A stretch of DNA of 62,775 nucleotides, filler included, from Phoronis australis (lineage: Eukaryota > Animalia > Phoronida): the NCBI GenBank assembly GCA_002633005.1. It is 9 parts of 9 records of this genome, joined end to end, with 100 filler letters (N's around TTAATTAATTAA, not from the genome) between each part and the next. Parts side by side here need not be neighbours in the genome. Positions count along the whole stretch, not along the records: positions 1 to 17,096 come from NMRA01001173.1; positions 17,197 to 23,792 come from NMRA01002140.1; positions 23,893 to 37,257 come from NMRA01001590.1; 6 more parts are not named here. One strand, given 5' to 3'. The translations under genes and the position numbers were made by a program. Below, in pieces: positions 13,771-25,107 of the stretch. Position 1 is the stretch's first letter, and each line of letters opens with the position of its first letter. Below the pieces are notes generated by a model, which saw only the letters and a list, made by a program, of their open reading frames with translations, did not search any database and was not told the DNA's origin.

Positions 13771-14654
13771 AATGCCAGCCAACTACAAAGAAAGGAAAAA
13801 CACTCAACTCAGAACAGTACTGGGTGAATAGACACTGGTTGGATTAAACAGTCCTTAATTTTGAGAATTAGTTTGGTTGACACTATACCAGGCCCACGTA
13901 GCCAGTGATTGAATGGGTTTCAAATTCAGGCACCGTCAGTGCCCAAAAAGAACAGTGATTTACCAAAAGTCTTAATCCATGTTGCACAGGTGTGGGTGAA
14001 ACTATTTACATGTCATGATAGCAAGTAGCAGCATATGTAAATAAAAACATTGATGGATTTAAACTGGCTTGGGGATGGTGTTTCAATAAACGCCAAAACA
14101 TGTCAAGCCAGCTTAAATCCATCATTGGTTTAATCATTTTAATGTCTCTTTGGAAGTTTGGAGGGTGTTAAACCTATGCCATGATATTTATAAGTCATGT
14201 TATATTTTGCAAGTAGAACTAAGTCATTTAGTCTTTCTCAATGTTGAGCACTAAGAGGCAATTTTTGAAATGCATCAAGAACCAAGGACCTGTCAGTGTC
14301 ATTGACTCCAACCATGTTTTATGAAAATCCCGAAGTTCCTGAAGTTCAAAGGTTAAAGTCAAAACTTTGCAACAGAATAAATCTCCAGTGAACACCAAAA
14401 ATTTGAATTTCACCTCATCGGACACATTGCACAGTTGAGTTGCCGTCAAAACCATATAAATACGTATTACACGACCGGCTGGTCAAACACAAAGGTGCTA
14501 TGCTGTTTCATACAGCTAGCTGGCTGGCTATGCTGTAGCTGAGCAGGTGAGCATGACCGGCCCGGAAAATAAACACCAAACTAAATAAATACTGTACGAA
14601 ACACTGATTGAATGAGTCCTGATTAGTATTTACATGACTACTAAAATTACTCAC

Positions 14655-15360
14655 TTCAAGCTCTCAGTCCTGTCACAACTAATTACCCAAAGCACTACGG
14701 AAATCACAATTTTTTTTGAAGGGGGCTGACATATTAGATTTATCTCGGCGCCACTCTGAGGTGGCAGTCGGAACTATTAGGTGTCTCAGTATTGGTCCTG
14801 AAGTCAGAGTGTAGCGCGCAGTCAGCTTCGTGCACATGCAAGCCGAAAAATAATAATCAAATTCCTGACATTTTCTAGTTGGAATATGTCTCTTTGCAAT
14901 AACTGGGTCATAGACATCACAGTCTATGAACTGGACGTTGAAAAGCGAGTTCCTGACTACGGGTAGGCCTATATTCCGGCGGCAGTTGCCGTTCCTCGAT
15001 CGATGCGTTGGAATAGACACGTGTGACGCAGGTAGGCTCTAACACATTCTGCGACAACTGCTAATAGGGCCTACTACTAAAGGCTCACTATCATGCGCCA
15101 GTAGGACTTAGGTCATATTATGATGATAACCTGGTTCCCGGGCCTCACAAGTGACGTCACGGATTGCTTGTGAAGGCCCAGGTACAGCGCACTTGAATGA
15201 TGGTTTTCATTGGCTGTCAGCTGGCAATTTTTAACCAGGAAGTTTGCTCTGCGCATGCTGACATCCGGTATTACGTTCTCAGGTCGCTAGGTGTCGCGAG
15301 AGTAAAAGTTATTTTGAGACTGGGTCGAGTTTGCGGTCGGGGGAACTCTCTGGTGAGGTA
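14655..15360. promoter_or_regulatory. CRYZ 5' non-coding exon and promoter region, possibly bidirectional
   Basis: Minus-strand donor GTGAGT at 14654-14649. CpG-richer region with CRE palindrome GTGACGTCAC (15151-15160), NRF1-like TGCGCATGC (~15250) and a plus-strand donor-like CTG|GTGAG near 15352. Confidence 0.4.
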
Positions 15361-16331
15361 GCTGTTTATATCTTGTGATATTACCAACAAACTGTAGTAA
15401 GATGATGTAATTAACGATTCTTTACTAGGAAAATAAACCTGAATTAACAATGGCTTCAATCTTTTCACTTGGCATTTTTTCAGTTTCATTGTTTGAATGA
15501 AAGTTTGAATGCTTTTTATGAATTGAAAACGTCCCGAAATCCTGGATCTTCCCCTGCTGTAATATCTTACAGCAGGGGATGCCTCCAGGATTTTAGTTAA
15601 GGGGTAGGGGCAAGGGCAGAGTATTTTGCCCGTCAGACATTTGCATCCCCAAACTGCCAAATGGAATCTGGGAGAATTTTAGGCAGGGCCATGGCCCTCT
15701 TGACGCGCCCCCCCTTCCCCCTATCCGTCTTTGTACAGTGTTAAAGTAGACACTGCTGGCACCCAATTTCCACCACTTTGCAGCCTACACAGTCTTCACC
15801 TCCTAGAACAACACAATTTTCGACCCTTCAGGTAGCCAAAATACTCAAGCTACTCCCCTCACTTCGTTGACATACTAATTTTTTCTTCCCCATTTCCCTT
15901 TTTGAGATGGGACCCCGCACAACGTGAGGGTCCTAAGCCATTCAGATCACCTTGGGTATATTCGGGACCTCAAACTTCTCATTGTAGGTGAATTTAACCT
16001 GCGTGATTATCAAACTTAGTGGTGAATGATTGGCCATAAAGTTCGAGCATGCACTGAAAACATTAACTTCCAAGGGCATCCAGAACACCTCTGGTGTTTT
16101 CGTAACCTCAAATTTCACCTAATAGGTGAACGCTCTCTGCATGTGTGCGAACTTCAGTTAGCCTATTATTGTCAAGATTTGAAATCACGTGACTTGCCAT
16201 ATTTTGGACAACATTCATCTCCGAGAGGATATCTGAGGCTACGAAAATACCTAAAGTGTTTCTAAGAAAAATTTGTACATGTAAATAGGAAAATAGCCAG
16301 GAGCTCCAGATGTTCCGAGGGTAAATTTGTA

Positions 16332-16619
16332 GCTACTAAAATACCCGAGAGGTGTTTCAAATGGGCCCTAACCTTTAGTTTTGTGCATATCTGGTACTAG
16401 AAGAATCTACACCCATTTAGACAGTGGCTAAAAAAACATGTTTGTGGTCCGAGGTTTGGAAAATTGTAGCCTAATNGCTACTAAAATACCCGAGAGGTGT
16501 TCCAAATGGGCCCTAACCTTTAGTTTTGTGCATATCTGGTACTAGAAGAATCTACACTCATTTAAACAGTGGCTAAAAAACATGTTTGTGGTCCGAGGTT
16601 TGGAAAATTGTAGCCTAAT
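16332..16619 (+). repeat. ~144-bp tandem duplication around a single N (likely assembly overlap)
   Basis: 16332-16475 and 16477-16619 are near-identical, with N at 16476. Confidence 0.9.
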
Positions 16620-17096
16620 GTTTCAAATGCACAACCTTTTTATAAGAGCTAATGCTAACAACTGAATCCTTTCGCAATAATTCTTGGACAGCTGTCTTTT
16701 TCACCCATTAAGCTTGAAGGAGTCGGCTCAGAGATTCCTGTTGTCAAAAATGAGTCTGGTGTCCAAGGTTTAAAAATACAGGTATCATATTAAAACTCCT
16801 TTTTCAGTAAGAAAAAGGTACCATATGCAGTGTTTTTAACTTCCAGAGTGAAACCCGTTGTATTCATGGGAAAAAGTTTGCTTTGGTAGGGATTTTTTCA
16901 AGCACCATTTTGAAAAGAAATTGTTTGAGAAAAATCACCCAGTTGAATGTCGTATCTTGTATAAACCTGTGGGAGTACCCCCTTGGAATGGTTTTAGGAG
17001 GGTACTCTGAAAGCCCAAGTATGGTGGAATGAACCCTATCCCTATACCTAACAATGTGAGTTGAACATCTTGGAAAGTACAAGCACAATTGTTATT

Positions 17097-17196
17097 NNNN
17101 NNNNNNNNNNNNNNNNNNNNNNNNNNNNNNNNNNNNNNNNTTAATTAATTAANNNNNNNNNNNNNNNNNNNNNNNNNNNNNNNNNNNNNNNNNNNN
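17097..17196. other. Artificial contig linker N44-TTAATTAATTAA-N44 (also at 23793, 37258, 41403, 43885, 46316, 51549, 56022); plain N gap at 52803-53223
   Basis: Eight identical 100-nt spacers with a six-frame stop cassette. Confidence 0.97.
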
Positions 17197-18654
17197 CATA
17201 TTCTTAGTCATGCTGGCGAAGCTGGCTAATAACATCATGTGCTGTTCTTGTGTCTCCTTCCGCTTATTGTAGTATTCCAAGATGGACTTCTTTATCTTGT
17301 GAACTATGAGCAGTAACACGAATGGCAGTGGGCTGAACAGCAAGACCCACATGGCCATGGTGGAGATGACGTCAGCGTCCGGCTGCTCTAGAGTAAATCG
17401 TAGTGTTAGTAGCGCCAGGGCGCAATTCGATAATGCCGTTTCTGTTGCTAAAGTTTTGGCGATTGGTTTTTTTTGTCGAGCAATTATTGCTAGGAATCCT
17501 CCGGTGCCAAAACCGAGAAACGGCAGCGAGATGCCAGCGATGATGGCGAATTTGTCTATGACGTCAAACATGTACATGTTGATATAGATGCCGAGAGTGA
17601 CAAAGAGAATGGCTGCCAGGAGCAGCAGAGGTCGAATGACCCAGGTGAGCATGGCCTCTGCAACGGCAGGCTTGCAGTGTAACGTTAGAAGACCGAGTAA
17701 ATAGGGCACCACAACAGAGATGAGGCAAGCTTCCAAAAGGAAGAATGGGAAATCGATAGTGCCAGCGATGCTTGGAAAGAATTGTCCTAGGGAGTAGACC
17801 CAAATTGGAGCTATCACTGAAATCAAACAAGACAGGAATTAGCCAACGCAAAATCTGTGGTTGATTTGAAAAGGTTTGTGTTAACTGAGGTAAATTTAGC
17901 ACAAGTCTATAGTTTGGTGATGGACCTGTCAGGATTCGATACTCACATGATTAGTCTTTTGAAACTACATTCTGCAAATTCACGGTCCTGTCAAAAAGAT
18001 TTCCTATGGTTCGAGAATTATGAAAATCAAAGTACTACCTTAGTTGATAAGAAATTGTTCTGCCATCAGATGGAATGTCAAACTAGACGTCTTGCCTGTA
18101 ATGAGTCGCCTGTTGTAATTGGTTTGTTTCAGAAATGTCTCCAGATTTTTGGAGTGCAGTAAAAATTCCCCAGTTTGGGACATAATGTGGCGGACAGGTG
18201 AAATTTCATTTTGCTCTTATTTCTCTACAAAATAACTTTCCAGGAAAATTAGTTTTTTTTCTGTGATGTTTTAATGGGGGGGGGCTTTTAAAAGGACATT
18301 TTCCAAATAAATGCCCCTCTATTTGAACACTTAACACCAGAAGTTACAACACCAAAAAAATGCCCATGGGCGTTTATTTGGCATAATTTTCCGGGTGGGC
18401 TTATCTACGGAAAATCCTGGTACCATAATTTTTATTATTGGGAGGATCAAGATGTAATACTCACCAATTACAGCCGTAGTACTGATGAGATTCATGGCCA
18501 TACTGAGCTCTTTGTCAGCATTGCCAATGATTATGACTAGAAGATGACCCATACCGCCACCTGGTATGCAGGACACAAACAGCAGTCCAAGTGCTAGGTT
18601 GTTATGTAAGCTTCCTGGCTCCAGACTGAGTATTTGAGCAAGTGCAAATGCCAT
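17197..18654 (-). CDS. SLC10-family sodium/bile-acid cotransporter-like protein, partial; exons 18654-18465 and 17816-<17197 (runs into gap)
   Basis: Phase-compatible GT-AG intron. Multi-TM sequence with ALGLLFVSCIPGGG, DKELSMAMNLIST, IAPIWVYSLG, LPFLGFGTGGFLA and AKTLATETALSNCALALLTL, matching the SBF/SLC10 layout. Upstream exons not found. Confidence 0.85.
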
Positions 18655-19840
18655 CTGTGAAAAAAATTGAGCTTGGTTTTTATCCCACACTTGTGATGAA
18701 GCAAAACCCAAGAGACTAGTTCAGTAGGTTTAAGTGGACAAGATTTGATGATCAGTCCTTTGTGCCTGAGTTTTAAATCTCTTCAGAACATGTTTTGTCT
18801 ATTCCATGATTTTATCGAATTGCAGAATGCATTCCCTTGCATGTTACGTCATCAACAAAAGTGGCAGAATATGATTATGCTTGGCTAGTCAATATTATTC
18901 AGTGCGCAACTTGCTGTTGTGAGCTCTTCATTAATATTATGATGTAGGGTTTGGATCATATAATACTGGTATGCCTGCCTGCAAACAAATACTCACTAAC
19001 AAGATTAAACCATTTTTCTTTTAAATTGTAGCGGTCTGTCTTGCATCTCAGCTGGGATTTCCAAAGAAACAAGTCGAACAGCCCAATGGTTTGAGACATT
19101 GTAAAATGAAGAGAAGACAAATTTTGGCGATTATTTTTAAGCAAAGTTGTTGAGATTTCGTTGTAGCATAACAAATTAGATTCTGTTTCATTATTTCTTA
19201 AGTTATTAATGTGTTCTAAACAATGTTCTAGGAATTGTTCCAATTGTCTTCACATACATGATGTGAGTATCTATCCTGAACACCTGCCAATTACAAAGTC
19301 TGTGATTGCATGCTTTCACCACCTGTTCAATTCCCAAGTTCACGTACCATTGCTTGGCTGACAAAATTCAGGATTATTGATTGGTGAGCCTCTGTAGTTA
19401 ATAGGATACTATGTAGCAACCATGGGCATTCCAGGACAGACTCGACATGTTAAGTTTGTGAAAAGGAAGGGCTACTACCCAACTACACTGTTTGAGATTG
19501 TGTAAATAAATGAATATATTTATTTTTGTGAAAAATTTTGACAAAGTGGAACTTAATTCATTACTGGCTATAAGTAAATAACATACTTGAAGTTAAGTAG
19601 GATCGTAGGAAAATGTTCAAAGTTGGCTTAATTCGGAACATCTTGTGGCAGAAATGGCTGATCGGATTCATAAGAAATGTGCGGGTACTACGGTATATGG
19701 ACTGTTTTCCAGAACAGTGTCAGGTGTTAGCAATTATTGAATGTATGTTACTCATCCAGTTAAGGCATAATGCAAAACAAAACAAAAATAAATGAATTAA
19801 TAAAAATGATCAAGAGGAAATCTCAAAAATGTTGTTACAG

Positions 19841-21380
19841 TTTTTATGCGCCCACATATTTATATGTGGACGCATTATGCCGTCATCTCTGTCCGTCCGT
19901 CCGTCCGTCCGTCCGGGCGGCGTCCGGCGTCTGGCGTCCGGCGTCCGCTACTCTATCTCCAAAACCCTTTGACATACGTTCATGAAATTTGGCGCATATG
20001 TTCCATTTGTGAATGGGACGGCATGTGCGAACTTTCGGACGGATCCGACTACCAGTGTGCCCCCTAGTGGCAATTTTAGTATTTTACGCTTACCTTTGTA
20101 TCTTCAAAAGTCCTGAACGGATTTTCATGAAATTTGGTATGTAGGCACCTATTAGGGAGATGACGCTATCCTGCCGTTTTCAGATGGATTCGAGATAGTT
20201 TGCGCCACCTAGTGGCCATTTTTAGTGTTTTCGAGTCTGTTTTTGTGCGTCCACCCCTCTATCAACCAAACCGCTCAAAGGATGATTGTGAAAATTGGCA
20301 TGTATATGCTTACTATGTAGAGGACGGTTGACAATGATTTTCCGACGATTTCCACTACTGTGGTGCCTCCTAGTGGCAGTTTTGTTTTTTTTGCGCCTAT
20401 GGCTGTATCTCCTAAACCGTTCGCAGGATCTTTACAAATTGTGTAAGTATATTTATATGATGTTAACAACGGAAGATGACGACTTTTGGTCGGATCCGAC
20501 TACCGGTGTGCCCCCTAGTGGCAATTTTAGTTTTTTACGCTTACCTTTGTATCTTCAAAAGTATTGAACGGATTTTCATGAAATTTGGTATGTAGGCACC
20601 TATTAGTGAGATGACGCTATCCTACTGTTTTCAGATGGATTCGACGTAGTTTGCGCCACCTAGTGGCCATTTTTACTGTTTTCGAGTCTGTATTTTTGCG
20701 TCCACCCCTCTATCAACCAAACCGCTCAAAGGATGATTGTGAAAATTGGCGTGTATGTGCTTACTATAAGGAAGACAGCTGACAATGATTTTCAGACGAT
20801 TTGGACTACTGTGGCGCCTCCTAGTGGCAGTTTTGTTTTTTTGCGCCCATGGCTGTATCTCCCAAACCGTTCGCAGGATCTTTACTAAATTTAGCAAGTG
20901 TATTTATGTGATGTTGACAACGGACGATGACGACTTTAGGATGATTCTGATTACCGGTATGCCTCTAGTGGCAATTTTAGTATTTGCCTCTAGTGGCAAT
21001 TTTAGTATTTTACATTGACCTCTGTATTTTCATAGGTCTTCAGGTGTATACTTTGTGTTACTTCGTGACTGTGAAGGAAAAGTTCCAAGTAGAAATTTGT
21101 TTCTGGCATTCTAATGCTGTGCTAATCTCGTATGTTGGTAAATTTGTTTTTAATTCTATGTTTCTGTGGTGCTTTAAGCAACTGGTGTATAGGATGTGCT
21201 TGTATTATGAAGATTACTCACATTTTGCCCCTAGCCTATTGAGGAGACAATGACCATGCCTTTCCATTTTGCAAAGTATGCCCTCTGCTGGCCACTTTAT
21301 GGTACCAATAAACAACCCTAGAAGGATACCGTATGCGGTGCAATTGTGGGCGCATTTCAACGCTCTGCGTTGCTCTTGTT
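19841..21380 (+). mobile_element. Non-autonomous Helentron / DINE-1-like element with internal tandem repeats
   Basis: T-run, then subTIR ATGCGCCCACA (19846-19856), nearby partial inverted copy (19865-19875), (GTCC)n microsatellite (19891-19914), ~451-bp tandem unit x~2.1, 3' subTIR TGTGGGCGCAT (21345-21355) and terminal stem-loop CAACGC-TCT-GCGTTG followed by CTCTTGTT. Confidence 0.85.
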
Positions 21381-21383
21381 ATA

Positions 21384-21872
21384 TAAATGGTAACATAACG
21401 TCCCCACCTCTGAGACTTCTACAGATCATTTGAAGCCGAAGTGCTGTCGCGTCAGCTTTGAGGAGATTGTTGTCACGTGGGTTGTGACATAATTTCTTTG
21501 TTTGGTAACGCAATACATTATTCTAAACAGTACATCTCGGTCCTCCTCGTCTGTTGAGGTTGGGGGACTCAATTCTTTCTTGAACCCGCCTCTCTCATAC
21601 CACAGGAAAACCAATCCTCCTCAGTATCAAGATCACCACATTTTCCATAGAAAAATCATGGTCTTATGAGCAAAGGTGAATGAACTCAGCTGAGTCATAA
21701 TTATGTCCGTAGACAGGGCAACGGTGTTGATAAATCCTACTTTTATTTGACTACTAAGAAATTATGTCACAATCCACGTTTACAACAATCTCCCTCAATG
21801 CGGACACGTCAGCATTTCGGCTTCAGACGAACTGTGGAAGCCTCCGAGATGGGTACGTTACGTTACCATTTA
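21384..21872. mobile_element. Old MITE with ~115-bp diverged inverted arms
   Basis: TAAATGGTAAC...GTTACCATTTA ends; arm 21384-21498 is reverse-complementary to 21756-21872 (e.g. TTGTGACATAATTTCTT / AAGAAATTATGTCACAA). Confidence 0.75.
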
Positions 21873-23892
21873 CCGGTATATAAAAAAGTCCAGAAATTGA
21901 TTTTTGTCTTGCTGTTAGGATTAGTTTCTGAACTGGTCATGGAGGAGATATGAAGGAACTAACAAGTCGCATAAAACAAAGAACGACGATTCAGAAAACC
22001 GTAACAGTGTGTTTGAGATTTCATCTTGAACGCTTATATATTTACCGGTAAACAAAATTTATTGTTTTGCTATGAATGTAGCTGTCTTTATATTGATAAA
22101 TTTTACTTAAAAGCCATGGTTACGGGTCCCAATTCAAGGCAGATTGAGTGACATCAAAAATCAAATTCTGCAAGTTTTCTACTTTTTGGAAAAGTAGTTG
22201 AATTTTATAGTTTTTGTAGATATTGGCTGAATTGCCAGACTTGTCAATAAGGTCCTACATAAGAGTTACTATAGGCATAGTCTTTTAGTTGCATTTACAT
22301 GGCAGACAGTTGTCATGGAGCACCTAACATGGAACTGCTGATCAGGCACAAGTGTGTGTGTAAACATGACTGACAGAGCAAGTTAACACCGTGGCAGCCA
22401 TTGTTTATACTGGTTTGAGAGCTAAAGGGAGTTGCACTTAATCAGTTACTCCAGTTTCAATTACACACCTAAACACAACTGATGCAGGGTGGAAAGGGAT
22501 CATCTTTTAATGCACCTCCGCAATAATATATACGGTTAATCCACTGGCTTTCCACGTGGTTTGGACGTTTTCTATTTTTTATGCGAGCATGCCCATGTTA
22601 GTGACTCGTGCTGATCCAGTTTGCGATAAAACGTCAATAAAATGTTGTGTAAATGCGACTTAAGTGGAGGAAGTCGCGCCATGACAAATGACGCAGTGAC
22701 AACTCTCTGTATAAAAGTGGCTTTTATAAATGATACTATGTAGTTTTTCTGACACGTCCATTCTGTCTTATTGTTGTGATCTTTAAAAAGTGTAATTATT
22801 TATTTTCAACTTTTTGTTCGTCAACATCAATATTTTGATTGAAGTTTGATAAACTACGTAACATTAGTACACGTCTTTGTACTGTTTCAGTCATTTGGCA
22901 CACCTGTGTATGTACCATATATCACTTATTCACACGTGTTTGCGTGATTAATTGTTTTGGATGTATTGAATTGTTTTCATTTCTTTCAAACGAAAAATGA
23001 TGGTCATAAGTCTTAAAGGAGTGCTAAACCCCGAATTTCTATTTCTGATTTAAGCTGTACACTGACTAAAGATATAAAATCGATCTCACCATTGCCCCTA
23101 ATCAGGTTAGAAAATGATGTTCAGCATGTAAGACAACGATAATCGTCAAAATTGACCCTTTTTCGTTTTTATAAGCCTTCAGACTGATTTTGTGACTGGT
23201 CACAGTTTCTCTCAAAACATCTGATGGTAGCAATTGTGTAGAACTGCAGTGTTGAAGTATTTGTTTGGAGAACCAACTATGAGTTATACAATCAGGGGGA
23301 TGTTTTTTGAATAGTCTATTGTCTTATGGCTAAAAATTAGTCTACCGGTGGGTTTGCCTGTTTTGTGAAAACAGGCTAAAGCCCAATGTCAGAAAATCTG
23401 TTTATAACTCTAAGAAATATAAGACAGAAATCTAGATTCATGGAGAAACTGGTATGAATTCCATTGATGGTATCAGTTTCCAGTTGTTCTGAGAACAGGT
23501 TTGGTGTTGCAATTATAAAAATATAGTAATTGTTATTTTCCATTTTTCAAAAACTGGTTAGACTGCTTCCGATTATGGAAACTTTATCAAATGTTGTTTT
23601 GTGACATCTCCGTACTACAAACTATGCTGTTAATAGGCTTAAGTTTTCTTAATCTCTATTTTTGTCACAGTTAAACCTTTTAAAAATCTGGCACCTTGCC
23701 AACGACTTAGAGTTTATTCGCATGAAACCAGCAGCTAGAGAAGACCAACGTGAATTTTGAAAATTAAAAACCCATCATGTAGAGATAATTAGNNNNNNNN
23801 NNNNNNNNNNNNNNNNNNNNNNNNNNNNNNNNNNNNTTAATTAATTAANNNNNNNNNNNNNNNNNNNNNNNNNNNNNNNNNNNNNNNNNNNN

Positions 23893-24012
23893 AGCCTCTC
23901 TAACCACGCCTTCTCCTACAATATAGACATAAGTTGGTCACTCACAGCCTCTCTAACCCCGCCTTCTCCTACAATATAGACATAAGCTGGTCACTCACAG
24001 TCTCTCTAACCC
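23893..24012 (+). repeat. 53-bp tandem repeat at a contig end
   Basis: AGCCTCTCTAACC...GGTCACTCAC units start at 23893, 23946 and 23999. Confidence 0.85.
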
Positions 24013-25107
24013 AATCTTTTGATTCATAACCTATGAAATTGGTCTCCGTTTGTCACGCCGAGTCATTTTGTGTCGAGCAAGATCTCAAATAATAAAACTA
24101 CCAGAGCTCTTTCCATAGCCAGGAACTGTTTCTCATGTGAATAAATGACAAGTTGGGACCAAACTCATAGCAGTAAATGGTCTATCAAAAGTTAATTTCT
24201 TTGATGGAACGCAAGTTTTTAACAGCCTAACTATCTTTACAGTGCCCTACAAAATACTGACCGATACCAATGATACAACAAACTGGAAATGAATTAGAAA
24301 GATAGCAAACCTATGTGCACAAATGCATATACATGTTTGAACTAACATTTCTGATATAACAAAAGTATTAGCTTGTACATGAGTAAAGTTAACATTTTTA
24401 CCGTGTTTTAATTCTACTCTTTGATAACGCCTACTACTAAGCCAGGAGCACAGCAAGTCATTGCTCGCACCTGCAACAACCTCTTCACCCGACCACAGCT
24501 ATAAAATTCTTTTCCCCTTCGGCTTCAACAGGTCTGATAATCCTTTAGGTTCGGTTCAGGTGAAATTCTCAACCTTGGTTCTCCATTCTAATACACTTCA
24601 GTTGAAAGCTACTATGAACCAGCCTTCAGTCAAAAAGTAACTTATCGGCCACTCACTGTCAACTTGTAACTCGTTCCCTATTCGGACCTAGAATTACACG
24701 GCTTCTGGGCTTGGGAAAAACGGACGGATCCTCATTGCTCAAGACCAGGCTGGACAAGACAAACTTCTTGAGCACTTGTTGGATATAGTAAATCTTGATT
24801 CAGAGAACAAGGCAATCATTGAATATCAGGCCGGTTATTTCGTGGATGAAACCCGTTATCTAAATCAGGGTCCACAATATCACCCAGTGCCACCTCCTGA
24901 GCCTGGCCTCCAACCGTAATGCAGTATTTGCTCCTCCTAAGCATAGAAATCCCTTCTAATTTAAATAAAGAACAAGTTGAGACTTGTTTGTTCCATAACC
25001 GTAAGGATAAGCTGCCTAAATCAAAAATTAATAATTTTGACTGAAGACAAGTGCATATCTGCATATTTACAGTTATCTTTTCATTGCTGTTTGTTGGGCC
25101 ACGTTAC

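Noticed and set aside
15271-17096. TYW3 head-to-head with CRYZ, as in vertebrates
   Set aside because: No TYW3-like peptide (DLSRKGSVD, TTSSCxGR) found on the + strand.
17306-17587. 93-aa ORF antisense to the SLC10 exon, and similar shadow ORFs over GOLGA1, SASS6 and Dada exons
   Set aside because: Shadow frames of real coding exons with no independent support.
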